IMG/VR virus record: IMGVR_UViG_3300042934_000350
Coordinates: 1 to 38,401 of that record
Strand: one strand, 5' to 3'
DNA from: a virus
Lineage: Duplodnaviria > Caudoviricetes
Length of the DNA: 38,401 nt
Made by a program: the position numbers and the translations under genes
The notes under the pieces: generated by a model
Database searches by the model: none
The model's input: the letters and a program-made list of their open reading frames with translations, nothing else
What the model was told of the DNA's origin: nothing
In this document: piece after piece, positions 1 through 8,142 of the stretch
How positions within the stretch are numbered: the stretch's first letter is position 1
How the letters are laid out: each line of letters begins with the position of its first letter

Positions 1-135
1 GGTGTGGCAGCTTGGGACGATACAGACCCTAAGGGCAAAAGAATAGGTTGGGATGATACAGATCCAAAAGGCGCATCAATTACAATTGCTTGGGATGATA
101 CAGATCCAAAAGGGCCCGGAATAATAAAGGCATAA
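1..135 (+). CDS. Secreted signalling propeptide, 5'-truncated by the window edge; three WDDTDPKG repeats
   Basis: Frame 1 reads GVAAWDDTDPKGKRIGWDDTDPKGASITIAWDDTDPKGPGIIKA*; allele of 37329-37472. Confidence 0.85.
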   Translation, partial: GVAAWDDTDPKGKRIGWDDTDPKGASITIAWDDTDPKGPGIIKA

Positions 136-166
136 AAATAGCGAGGTTAATTCCTCGCCTTTTTTA
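134..166. terminator. Bidirectional intrinsic terminator
   Basis: aaaaata GCGAGG ttaatt CCTCGC ctttttt between convergent ORFs; conserved at 37530-37561. Confidence 0.85.
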
Positions 167-188
167 TTATCAAGTTTGTTCGTATGTA

Positions 189-293
189 TTAGGCACAACA
201 CTTCTTTACTGGCTTCTTTTTCGATCCTACCACGATTTGTTTAACGTTCTGTAACGGGCAATCTTCACAACTTTTTTCACCGCATTTCTTCAT
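189..293 (-). CDS. Cys-rich 34-aa microprotein, candidate SOS-induced antirepressor
   Basis: MKKCGEKSCEDCPLQNVKQIVVGSKKKPVKKCCA*; GGGGG RBS; homologous ORF at 37560-37685; promoter and LexA box upstream. Confidence 0.7.
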   Translation of the reverse strand: MKKCGEKSCEDCPLQNVKQIVVGSKKKPVKKCCA

Positions 294-325
294 ATTATTT
301 TAACCCCCAACATTATAGTAATTAT

Positions 326-364
326 ATTGTAGCAGAGTTTGGTTAAAAATAGAACATACGTTCG
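326..364 (-). promoter_or_regulatory. Extended -10 promoter (TGcTACAAT) overlapped by a Gram-positive LexA (Cheo) box AGAACATACGTTCG at 351-364
   Basis: GAAC-N4-GTTC match over the -35 position; same arrangement in the right-end copy. Confidence 0.8.
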
Positions 365-487
365 TATAAAATTACACCTTTTTATATACATTCGTGAGAA
401 AATAATAAAAACAGGCATAATTTAATTTTACACCTGTTTACATGATAAATAAACGACAAAGGTACGATAAAAAACGACAAAATATGA

Positions 488-910
488 CTATTCAGATTCT
501 TCCATCGCATCTCGCAGCCATTCAATTAAAACATTCATTTGCGATGCAGATAATTTAGTCAAGTCATAACCATCTAGCATAAAGGCTACTGTTAGAAATG
601 GTTTTTTAGCAGGATCTAAAACGAAATTCTTCATATCTTCCGGCAAGTGTTGTAATATCTCTGGCTCCTTATAATAAATAACATCTTCGTTTATTTCTAT
701 ATCTTCTTCTAAATACCCAACCGATACTCCAAGCAATCTAGCAATATCCCTCAATGTATCAATAGAAGGGTCAGCTTCATTCCTTATTATCTGATATATA
801 TAGCTTTTGGTTTTCTGCATTGCTTCAGATAACTCTGCTACACTTTTTATTCCAATGTTACTTTGCTTGTTTTTGTCTAGTATGCTTTGTATCTTTTCGC
901 CCCTAGTCAA
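488..910 (-). CDS. XRE-family HTH immunity repressor (CI-like) without an S24 autopeptidase domain
   Basis: HTH_3-like N-terminus (SVAELSEAMQKTKSYIYQIIRNEADPSIDTLRDIARLLGVSVGYL); divergent from a cro-like gene; TTG start with GGGGGGTG RBS. Confidence 0.85.
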   Translation of the reverse strand: MTRGEKIQSILDKNKQSNIGIKSVAELSEAMQKTKSYIYQIIRNEADPSIDTLRDIARLLGVSVGYLEEDIEINEDVIYYKEPEILQHLPEDMKNFVLDPAKKPFLTVAFMLDGYDLTKLSASQMNVLIEWLRDAMEESE

Positions 911-1059
911 AACAATACACCCCCCAATTTTTCATACTTATCACATTATACTAAATTAAAAAAAATATATCCACACTTTTGTAATAGTATATTCAACTGT
1001 AAAAATTCTATTCAAAAACACGATTGTAAAAATAGTTCAAAATTATTTATAAAAGTGTA

Positions 1060-1088
1060 TTGACAGTTCAATTTTAATGCGATACAAT
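1060..1088 (+). promoter_or_regulatory. Sigma-A early lytic promoter
   Basis: TTGACA-17 bp-TACAAT upstream of the cro-like gene. Confidence 0.8.
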
Positions 1089-1173
1089 TAAATTACAGAA
1101 AACAAATGAAATTTAAGGCATAATTTTTACAGTAATAGTGTACTATAATTACAAAGAGTGAAATGAAAGTGAG

Positions 1174-1401
1174 GTGAAAAAATTGACACCATTAGGAATG
1201 AGAATTAAAAATGCAATCAAGAAAAACAAAAAAGAAGGATTAGGAGTACGAACACAGCAAGAATTAGCCAAAAAGATTGGTTGCTCCAATGGTCATTTAT
1301 CAGCAGTAATAACCGGAGAAGCAATCCCAAGTATGGGGTTATTAGGTAAACTTGCATCAGAGTTGAACACAAGCGTTAGCGAGTTATTAAAGGAGGTATA
1401 A
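1174..1401 (+). CDS. Cro-like XRE HTH regulator
   Basis: TQQELAKKIGCSNGHLSAVITGEAIPSMGLLGKLASEL HTH; first gene of the rightward operon. Confidence 0.85.
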   Translation: MKKLTPLGMRIKNAIKKNKKEGLGVRTQQELAKKIGCSNGHLSAVITGEAIPSMGLLGKLASELNTSVSELLKEV

Positions 1402-1404
1402 ACA

Positions 1405-1650
1405 ATGAATCCAGATTTATATGTAAGTTGCAAAACCCAAACAATTAGTCCTTTAGATCGAAAGAAAATAGATATAAATGAAATAATCGCAGAGATTAGA
1501 AAAATAAAAAATGATTGGTTAATGGTTCAATCATTAAATGTATCGGATGAAGTTAAGGCTCAGATACAAGCAGAACTTGAAAATAAGATAACAGACTGTA
1601 AGGCGAAAATGTATCACGAAATCAGTACAATATTGCTCGCTATAATTTAG
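1405..1650 (+). CDS. Hypothetical protein
   Basis: ORF with AAGGAGG RBS in the early operon. Confidence 0.7.
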   Translation: MNPDLYVSCKTQTISPLDRKKIDINEIIAEIRKIKNDWLMVQSLNVSDEVKAQIQAELENKITDCKAKMYHEISTILLAII

Positions 1651-1662
1651 GAGGTATAAATA

Positions 1663-1932
1663 ATGAAAATAGCTTTACTAATTGGCAATATAGCAACATT
1701 AGCAACAACAATCTCGGCTGAAAGCAAGACAGATGTATTTTTCCACTACAATGCCAAATGTAAGTTTTTTAATGTAAGCATATACAACAACGGATGGCAT
1801 TCGGGGGCAGATGCTGATGAAGATTTTGAAATATGGCAAGACGAGGGAGAAACAAAAGCAATAGCAGAATTTGAATCGCTGAAAAGCCACTTAATGAACA
1901 TATATCAAGGTATAAAGCAGGAGGTAGCTTAA
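1663..1932 (+). CDS. Hypothetical protein
   Basis: ORF with AGGAGG RBS. Confidence 0.7.
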   Translation: MKIALLIGNIATLATTISAESKTDVFFHYNAKCKFFNVSIYNNGWHSGADADEDFEIWQDEGETKAIAEFESLKSHLMNIYQGIKQEVA

Positions 1933-2106
1933 ATGAAAAATCAGATAGTAGGTTTAAAAGATATAGACAATCAAGATGTAGTAGACCTAGTAGATGAAAG
2001 CATGAGAATAAGCGAAAACCCAGCAGAGTTATTTGATAAGTTAATGAGCGACTTAATGGCATGGGGCGAAGACAAAGGCTATATTGCAAGACAAAAAACA
2101 GCATAG
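1933..2106 (+). CDS. Hypothetical 57-aa protein (not in ORF track)
   Basis: MKNQIVGLKDIDNQ...; AGGAGG RBS; fills the operon gap exactly. Confidence 0.65.
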   Translation: MKNQIVGLKDIDNQDVVDLVDESMRISENPAELFDKLMSDLMAWGEDKGYIARQKTA

Positions 2107-2118
2107 GAGGGGTAAGGG

Positions 2119-2643
2119 ATGGCAGGAAACTTCAATTTAAACGATTATGTTCAAGTAAATGAGAGGGTAGAACTTTTTTACAAGAAGTACCCTAACGGCT
2201 CAATACAAACTGAGATCGTATCAAACCACGAAGGTGAGGTAATCGTTAAAGCTTTTATATACAGAGATAGAGAAGATACAAGACCTTGCACTGGTCACGC
2301 AATGGAAGTGGCAGGAAGTAGCTTCATAAATAAGACTTCTCACATAGAAAATTGTGAAACATCAGCAGTAGGTAGAGCCTTAGCAATGTTAGGATTTGAG
2401 ATTAAGAAGTCAATAGCAAGTCAGGAAGAAGTAGCCAATGCAAAGTTGCAGCAAGAAGCAATGGCAAATAAGCCTAGCAAAGTACAAATGTTAGCACTTG
2501 TAGAACTCGCAAAACATAAAGGTATAGACCTTCAACGCAAAAGCGAAGAAATAACTGGTAAAACAGCTAGTAAAGATTGGACTATGCAAGATTACTTCAA
2601 TATAAAAAGCGAAATTGATGATATCAAAGATAAGGTAAGTTAG
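2119..2643 (+). CDS. Probable Rad52/Sak-like single-strand annealing protein
   Basis: Motif TGHAME...INKTSHIENCETSAVGRALAMLG typical of this phage family; position in the early recombination region. Confidence 0.55.
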   Translation: MAGNFNLNDYVQVNERVELFYKKYPNGSIQTEIVSNHEGEVIVKAFIYRDREDTRPCTGHAMEVAGSSFINKTSHIENCETSAVGRALAMLGFEIKKSIASQEEVANAKLQQEAMANKPSKVQMLALVELAKHKGIDLQRKSEEITGKTASKDWTMQDYFNIKSEIDDIKDKVS

Positions 2644-2644
2644 C

Positions 2645-2770
2645 ATGTTAAACCTATGTGAATACTGCACGGCCTGCACAGAAACAGAAACTAAGTTTGA
2701 ATGTCCTATACATGAAGATACAAGCGAATGTGATAGCGACTTTGAATTTAATGTAAATAAATTATTTTAG
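2645..2770 (+). CDS. Small Cys-rich hypothetical protein (41 aa)
   Basis: MLNLCEYCTACTETETKFECP...; fills the operon gap. Confidence 0.5.
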   Translation: MLNLCEYCTACTETETKFECPIHEDTSECDSDFEFNVNKLF

Positions 2771-2782
2771 GAGGGGTAGAGG

Positions 2783-2974
2783 ATGGATGAATTAAAACTA
2801 GGTACTATAATCTGCATGATGCAAGATAATCCACATTTAAAATTTACAAACGGAGATATTATTCTCAGATATGACATATCAAGTGAATACTTAAAAATTA
2901 CCACGTTAGACGGCATGAACTTAGGCGAGTTGTGGAGATTGAATTTCAATGATAAGTGGGAGGTAACACAATGA
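2783..2974 (+). CDS. Hypothetical protein
   Basis: Strong RBS AGGAGGGG. Confidence 0.65.
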   Translation: MDELKLGTIICMMQDNPHLKFTNGDIILRYDISSEYLKITTLDGMNLGELWRLNFNDKWEVTQ

Positions 2975-3090
2975 CTACATTTAGGGGCAGTAATGCCCTT
3001 AACATTAGCAAGAAAATCGTACAAGGCGCAGTTTGGTTTATATCATGCTTACTATTTGATATGTGGATGATATATAAGTTTTTAGAGTAG
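2971..3090 (+). CDS. Small hydrophobic hypothetical protein (39 aa)
   Basis: GGGAGG RBS; ATGA overlap with the upstream gene; hydrophobic C-terminal half. Confidence 0.5.
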   Translation: MTTFRGSNALNISKKIVQGAVWFISCLLFDMWMIYKFLE

Positions 3091-3117
3091 GTCGGGAAAT
3101 GAATATGTTGCGAAGGA

Positions 3118-3348
3118 GTGAATAGGGTGACAAGACAAGAAATAATGTCTGATTTCGATGAGGACAAATATGTAAAGGCATATTGTTATAAACGCAAATG
3201 TCATGAGTGCGATGGCACATCTATTACGGGAGAACCTAATGGTGACGGCTGTGAAGGATTATCTAAGCGCATTAACACAATGTATCACTCTATATTAACA
3301 CGCAGATTAAAAAAGTTAGGATTTGCAAACGAAGATTGCGACTATTGA
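3118..3348 (+). CDS. Hypothetical Cys-rich protein
   Basis: AAGGAG upstream; CxxC motif. Confidence 0.55.
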   Translation: MNRVTRQEIMSDFDEDKYVKAYCYKRKCHECDGTSITGEPNGDGCEGLSKRINTMYHSILTRRLKKLGFANEDCDY

Positions 3349-3383
3349 TACACATCACAAAAATTTAATGTAGGAGGGATAAT

Positions 3384-3545
3384 ATGGAAGAACCAAGATG
3401 CATCAATTGCGAATACCACTCCTGCACAAATGATAATCAACTTATAAGGCACAGATGTAGAAGAAAAGAATATCCACTAGAACAGTTTGAATACATACGC
3501 ACAAGTCCTGAATGGTGTCCTAAACGATATAGAGTATTTTGGTAG
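3384..3545 (+). CDS. Small Cys-rich hypothetical protein (53 aa)
   Basis: MEEPRCINCEYHSC...SPEWCPK; AGGAGGG RBS. Confidence 0.6.
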   Translation: MEEPRCINCEYHSCTNDNQLIRHRCRRKEYPLEQFEYIRTSPEWCPKRYRVFW

Positions 3546-3554
3546 GAGGTTAAT

Positions 3555-3647
3555 ATGTGCAAACACGAACCGGATAAGTTAGATAGAGGATGTATCAAAA
3601 GCACAAGATGCATCAAATGTGGAGTAAAGATAAAGGTTAAAAAGTGA
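3555..3647 (+). CDS. Small Zn-finger-like peptide (30 aa)
   Basis: MCKHEP...RCIKCGVKIKVKK; AGGAGG RBS. Confidence 0.5.
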   Translation: MCKHEPDKLDRGCIKSTRCIKCGVKIKVKK

Positions 3648-3656
3648 GGTGATTAG

Positions 3657-4571
3657 ATGGCTGATAAAAAATATTATTGGCTGAAGCTTAAGGATGATTT
3701 TTTTACACTAAAGGAAATTAAGAAATTGCGGAAGATAGCCGGAGGTGATACATACACGATCATATATCTCAAATTACAGTTACTGAGCCTTAAGAAAGAA
3801 GGAATGATTGTATTTGAAGGTATAGAAGATACATTCGTTGAGGAAATGGCATTAACTTTAGACGAAGAACCCGAGAATGTAAAAATGACATTGTTATTCT
3901 TGCAAAAGGTTGGTTTTATAGAAGAAATTGCAAATGATGAATTTTTATTACCCCAAGCAGTACAGAGTATGGGAAGTGAAACATCAGTAGCCGAAAGGGT
4001 TAGAAAGCATAGGGAAAATCAAAAATTGTTACAAAGTAACACTCAAGTAACAATGTGTAACACAGAGATAGATAAAGATAAAGAGATAGATAAAGAGATA
4101 GATAAAGAGATAGAAATAATACATACGTCAACGGAGTTAACTCCATATGCGCAAATTAAAGACTTATTCAACTCAATCTGTATAGCACTCCCTAAAATTA
4201 AAGATATTAAGGGCAATCGGCAAAAGGTACTTAACTCTAGGTGGAAGGAAGAACCTAACATTGAATATTGGAAAGAGTTATTTAAGTTAGTGCAGCAAAG
4301 TGACTTCTTAAGTGGTAGAGCTGGAGAATGGCAATGCAGCTTTGATTGGATAATCAAGCCAGCCAATATGCAGAAGATAGTCGAAGGTAATTATACTAAT
4401 AAAACACCTAAAGCATCAAAGAAAATACAAAACTTTGGAGGTAGAAAATACGAAACGGATCACGGCGAACAATTTGCAGAAAAGCCAGTAGAAGTAAAAG
4501 ACGATGATATTGCAAAGCTTCAAGAAGAATATAGAAAGGAGAAAGAAGCTAGAAAAAACTCTTTACAGTGA
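3657..4571 (+). CDS. Phage replisome organizer (lytic replication initiator)
   Basis: N-terminus KKYYWLKLKDDFF...IKKLRKIAGGDTYTIIYLKL matches Phage_rep_org_N; C-terminal FDWIIKPAN...EGNY motif. Confidence 0.9.
   Translation: MADKKYYWLKLKDDFFTLKEIKKLRKIAGGDTYTIIYLKLQLLSLKKEGMIVFEGIEDTFVEEMALTLDEEPENVKMTLLFLQKVGFIEEIANDEFLLPQAVQSMGSETSVAERVRKHRENQKLLQSNTQVTMCNTEIDKDKEIDKEIDKEIEIIHTSTELTPYAQIKDLFNSICIALPKIKDIKGNRQKVLNSRWKEEPNIEYWKELFKLVQQSDFLSGRAGEWQCSFDWIIKPANMQKIVEGNYTNKTPKASKKIQNFGGRKYETDHGEQFAEKPVEVKDDDIAKLQEEYRKEKEARKNSLQ
4028..4115 (+). repeat. Candidate lytic origin inside the initiator gene: GTAAC repeats followed by GAGATAGATAAA tandem repeats
   Basis: GTTAC/GTAAC at 4028, 4036, 4047 and 4057, then purine-rich 12-bp repeats encoding EIDK; the usual origin position in lambdoid-type initiators. 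Confidence 0.55.
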
Positions 4572-4639
4572 AAAAACCTAGACCTTCTCATTATCTAATA
4601 TAACCAAATAAAAGATTCTTATACATACGAGGTGACACA

Positions 4640-4900
4640 ATGAATCCTGGAACAGCATCACACGAAAGAATACCTGAGCAGTATATAACATTAGACTCCT
4701 TTGAGCTAGGTTGGACTAAATCAGACCTTGCTACATTACGGAAGATGTGGAAGGAAGATAAGTCAATTGATGAAATAGTTTATAGCTTAAGACCTAGTGA
4801 GAAAGGAAGCTTTGAAGTAGCACTAGCAATAATAGACCAATTATACAGAGGGTATATACATCCAAGACAAAAACATTTAATTATAGGAGGGTTACAATGA
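4640..4900 (+). CDS. Hypothetical protein, possible HTH
   Basis: WTKSDLATLRKMWKEDKSIDEIVYSL pattern; GAGGTG RBS. Confidence 0.6.
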   Translation: MNPGTASHERIPEQYITLDSFELGWTKSDLATLRKMWKEDKSIDEIVYSLRPSEKGSFEVALAIIDQLYRGYIHPRQKHLIIGGLQ

Positions 4901-5253
4901 AAAAATCAGATTTAAAAACAGGAATGTGGGTGGAAACAAAAGAGGGTAAAAAAGCTATGGTTCTTTTAGGAACGCTAAACGGAGATATAATCAGCGGGCA
5001 AACGTGGTTCCCGTTATCGTCACTAGACGAGGATTTAACATTTAAAAAAGACCCGGAAGCGAGCATAGTTAAAATTTATAGTTCAAGTTGGAATATGGGT
5101 TATATGAATAAGGAAGAACCATACGATATGGGAAATAGAACCCTTATATGGGAACGTGAAAAACCAACTAAAGAGATATCCTTAACAGAAGCCTTTGCAA
5201 TATTAAAACAGCACTACGGATGTGATGTCAAAATTAGCGAGGTAGAACAATGA
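4897..5253 (+). CDS. Hypothetical phage protein
   Basis: AGGAGG RBS; ATGA overlap. Confidence 0.7.
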   Translation: MKKSDLKTGMWVETKEGKKAMVLLGTLNGDIISGQTWFPLSSLDEDLTFKKDPEASIVKIYSSSWNMGYMNKEEPYDMGNRTLIWEREKPTKEISLTEAFAILKQHYGCDVKISEVEQ

Positions 5254-5555
5254 ATTATGAAATAAAAAATGTCTACCGAGAAGCAATAGAACCAAGTGAA
5301 TGCATACCTAGAAAAATGACCGATGAAGAACGGCTAAGATATGGCAAACCTAGACCGAACAGCAACGAACTATATTGGATATTAAAAAATCCTGCAAAAT
5401 GCAAGGAATATCAAAATACATACGGCTTATCAGATGAACATATGGCAGAGTTAAAACAATGTATGGCACAAAAGGGATTTGAACATGGATTAGGTAAAAA
5501 GGCTGCAAAGGCGAAGGAAGTAAGGGAGATTCCAATGGGGCTGATAATACAATGA
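5250..5555 (+). CDS. Hypothetical protein
   Basis: ATGA overlaps on both sides. Confidence 0.65.
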   Translation: MNYEIKNVYREAIEPSECIPRKMTDEERLRYGKPRPNSNELYWILKNPAKCKEYQNTYGLSDEHMAELKQCMAQKGFEHGLGKKAAKAKEVREIPMGLIIQ

Positions 5556-6139
5556 GGGTATTGGTAGCTTGTGAATACTCAGGAACTGTACGAGATGCTT
5601 TTAGAAAGTTAGGGCATGATGCGTGGAGCTGTGACATCCTTCCAACAGACGGAGATCCAAAATATCATTACCAATGCGATGTATTTGAGGTAATAAATAT
5701 GGGTTGGGATATGATGATTGCTCACCCACCTTGCACATATTTGACAAACGCAGGAGCAAAGCACTTATACAAAGGTAAAACACTCAACCTTGAAAGATAC
5801 GAAAAAGGATTAGAAGCAAAAGAGTTTTTCATGAAGCTTTATAACTCAGATATACCAATGATAGCAGTTGAAAATCCTATGCCTAGTAAAGTATTTGAAA
5901 TTCCAATACATACGCAAATTATACAGCCTTATGAACATGGTGAACCATTCCAAAAGAAAACTTATTTATGGCTTAAAAATCTACCTAAGTTGCAGCCGAC
6001 TAACATAGTTGAATATGCAGAAAGCACAAGAATAGCAGGAAATTGGTTTAATAAAGGCGGTAAGGATAGGCAAAAGAACAGGGCAAAAACATTTCAAGGC
6101 ATAGCTGATGCAATGGCAGCACAGTGGGGAAATCAATAA
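5552..6139 (+). CDS. Phage DNA cytosine methyltransferase-like protein
   Basis: VLVACEYSG SAM-binding region, HPPC catalytic motif, ENP motif. Confidence 0.75.
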   Translation: MRVLVACEYSGTVRDAFRKLGHDAWSCDILPTDGDPKYHYQCDVFEVINMGWDMMIAHPPCTYLTNAGAKHLYKGKTLNLERYEKGLEAKEFFMKLYNSDIPMIAVENPMPSKVFEIPIHTQIIQPYEHGEPFQKKTYLWLKNLPKLQPTNIVEYAESTRIAGNWFNKGGKDRQKNRAKTFQGIADAMAAQWGNQ

Positions 6140-6157
6140 ATTTAAGGAGGGTAAAAA

Positions 6158-6244
6158 ATGAATAAGTTTTGGGAGGGTTATATAGTAGGTTATGCAATAG
6201 GCACAGTTTTAACTTTAATAATATGCTTTAAAAATTTAATTTAA
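6158..6244 (+). CDS. Small membrane peptide (28 aa)
   Basis: AAGGAGGG RBS; one hydrophobic stretch. Confidence 0.5.
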   Translation: MNKFWEGYIVGYAIGTVLTLIICFKNLI

Positions 6245-6256
6245 GGAGGGCAAACA

Positions 6257-6577
6257 ATGAAAATAACTGAGGTAAGAATAACAAAACTAGAAAACAGTAA
6301 GTTAAAAGGTATAGGTTCTGTAACGCTAGATAGTTGCTTTGTGGTATCGGGCATAAAGGTTATGGATGGCAACAACGGACTATTTGTAGGAATGCCGAGT
6401 GCAAAGGTAAAAGAAGAGTTTAAAGATATCTGCTATCCAATAACAAAAGAGTTTAGAGAAGAATTACAAAAGGCTGTGTTAGCAAAATACAACGATGGTG
6501 CAAAAGAAGGTAGTAAAGCAGCAGAAAAATGTCCTGATTGTGGCGAAACAAATTGTTCCTGCGAATTGCCATTTTGA
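6257..6577 (+). CDS. spoVG: SpoVG-family nucleic-acid-binding protein with Cys cluster and SSB-like ELPF tail
   Basis: MKITEVRI...KLKGIGSVTLDSCFVVSGIKVMDGNNGLFVGMPS...FKDICYPITKEFREELQKAVL closely follows SpoVG. Confidence 0.85.
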   Translation: MKITEVRITKLENSKLKGIGSVTLDSCFVVSGIKVMDGNNGLFVGMPSAKVKEEFKDICYPITKEFREELQKAVLAKYNDGAKEGSKAAEKCPDCGETNCSCELPF

Positions 6578-6589
6578 TGGGGTGAGCAT

Positions 6590-6748
6590 ATGACAAACAA
6601 AACCATACTCGACCTAAAGCCTGAGATAGCAGAATATGCCGTTGAATTATATTTTGACGGCATGGAGGTACAAGAAGCAATACAAACGGCTATAAAGAAA
6701 TTCGAGGGGGAAAGGGAAGATGCCAACTGTAAATTGGTGCCGGAATAA
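6590..6748 (+). CDS. Hypothetical 52-aa protein
   Basis: GGGGTG RBS; fills the operon gap. Confidence 0.5.
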   Translation: MTNKTILDLKPEIAEYAVELYFDGMEVQEAIQTAIKKFEGEREDANCKLVPE

Positions 6749-6844
6749 CTGGGAATGTCCAACACCTGATGTAGATTGCCGTAAATGCAATAATCTCTAT
6801 CGAGAAGATGTAGACAAAATAGAACCAAAAGAGGGGGATAAGAA

Positions 6845-7345
6845 ATGAATAGCGAGTTAGATAAGTTAAGGCAAGAAATGACTAGAGGGGAATTTGTAGC
6901 AAGACATTACAACATATCACATTGTCCGAAAAAATTCGATTTAAGAAATGTAGGGGTACCCCATTGTAAAAATTGTTGGGAGTGTTGGATGGAAGCAGTA
7001 AAAGACATTCAATTCAAAGATGATATAGAAATACAAGAAGTATTATCAAATGGCTACAAAGAAGAACTATGCACAATAGAAACCAATTCAAAAGGTGGTA
7101 AGCAAAGTAAGCTCAATGTAAGATTTGACCTATTAGACCCTACAGCAATGTTAGCACTAGGAAGGGTACTCAAAGAGGGATTTGATACATACGGCAAAGA
7201 TAACTGGAAAAATATCGATGTAGACAGCCATTTAAACCATGCTATGTACCACATATTGATGCATCAAGCGAAAGATACAAGCGAAGAACATTTACACCAT
7301 GCACTATGTAGAATGATGTTTGCAGTAGCTTTGGAGGGTAAGTAG
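6845..7345 (+). CDS. DUF5664 (dATP/dGTP diphosphohydrolase-like) domain protein with Cys-rich N-terminus
   Basis: GGKQS...RFDLLDP.AM..LGRVL.EG...YG.DNW...HLNHA..H...EEHL.HALCRMMFA pattern. Confidence 0.7.
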   Translation: MNSELDKLRQEMTRGEFVARHYNISHCPKKFDLRNVGVPHCKNCWECWMEAVKDIQFKDDIEIQEVLSNGYKEELCTIETNSKGGKQSKLNVRFDLLDPTAMLALGRVLKEGFDTYGKDNWKNIDVDSHLNHAMYHILMHQAKDTSEEHLHHALCRMMFAVALEGK

Positions 7346-7729
7346 ATGCCACATAACGGAAAATGCCGATACTGCCCTGATACATGGGTACAGTGGCATC
7401 ACATAATCGAAAAGGGTTCAGGATGGCCCAAAAGGGTAACTTGGCTTGATCATTCATTAAATCTAGTTGAAGTCTGCATGAACGACCACACAGGATTAAC
7501 AGGAATACATACTTCGAGTATTGGTAGTACTCGGAGCAAGGAACTAGAAGCTGAACTTCAAGCCAAGTTAGAAGAATTATTCTTCAAGCCTTATTATAAC
7601 CCACAAATTATAAAAAAACTTCTAAATTATACAGATAAAGAACTTAGAGATATGACAAAGGTACTCTTAATACATACGGATGGTTATAAAAGAGAAGATA
7701 TTATATTTCGCTTACTGGGGAGGAAATAA
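7346..7729 (+). CDS. HNH-like zinc-binding nuclease
   Basis: CRYC...HHII...NLVEVC..DH...GIH. Confidence 0.6.
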   Translation: MPHNGKCRYCPDTWVQWHHIIEKGSGWPKRVTWLDHSLNLVEVCMNDHTGLTGIHTSSIGSTRSKELEAELQAKLEELFFKPYYNPQIIKKLLNYTDKELRDMTKVLLIHTDGYKREDIIFRLLGRK

Positions 7730-7730
7730 G

Positions 7731-8132
7731 ATGATTACATTAATAATTCCTGGTGAACCAGTTGCAAAAGGCAGACCAAGAGTAACAAGGTCGGGCATAG
7801 CCTATACTCCCGAGAAAACCCAAGGTTATGAAAATCTAGTAAAAATGTGCTACATGGAACAAGGCAACAAAATAAAACTAGACGGCATGTTGCAATTGTC
7901 AATGTTACTATACTTTCAAATACCAAAGTCGGCGAGCAAAAAGTTGCAAAAGCAAATGGAAGCGCAAGAAGTAAGACCAACAAAGAAGCCGGACATAGAT
8001 AATTGTTTAAAGATTGTAACTGATGCCTTAAATAAGTTAGCTTATGATGATGATTCGCAAATAGTATCTGTAAGAGTGGAAAAACATTATTCGCATAACC
8101 CAAAAGTAATCTTGACAATAAGTAACTTTTAG
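7731..8132 (+). CDS. rusA: RusA-family Holliday junction resolvase
   Basis: PGEPVAKGRPR...KPDIDNCLKIVTDALNKLAYDDDSQIV; start moved to ATG 7731 (GGGAGG RBS). Confidence 0.9.
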   Translation: MITLIIPGEPVAKGRPRVTRSGIAYTPEKTQGYENLVKMCYMEQGNKIKLDGMLQLSMLLYFQIPKSASKKLQKQMEAQEVRPTKKPDIDNCLKIVTDALNKLAYDDDSQIVSVRVEKHYSHNPKVILTISNF

Positions 8133-8142
8133 GTGGTGGATT

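Larger units (their letters stand above)
1..990 (+). repeat. Left copy of an imperfect ~1 kb terminal duplication (homologous to 37380-38401)
   Basis: Position 1 aligns to 37380 and 990 aligns to 38401; flanks near-identical, centre diverged. Confidence 0.95.

Noticed and set aside
13-114. 24-bp repeats with short unique spacers as a mini CRISPR array (also 37392-37493)
   Set aside because: Spacers are only 12-18 bp, variation is at synonymous positions, repeats are in frame behind a signal peptide, and no cas genes are present
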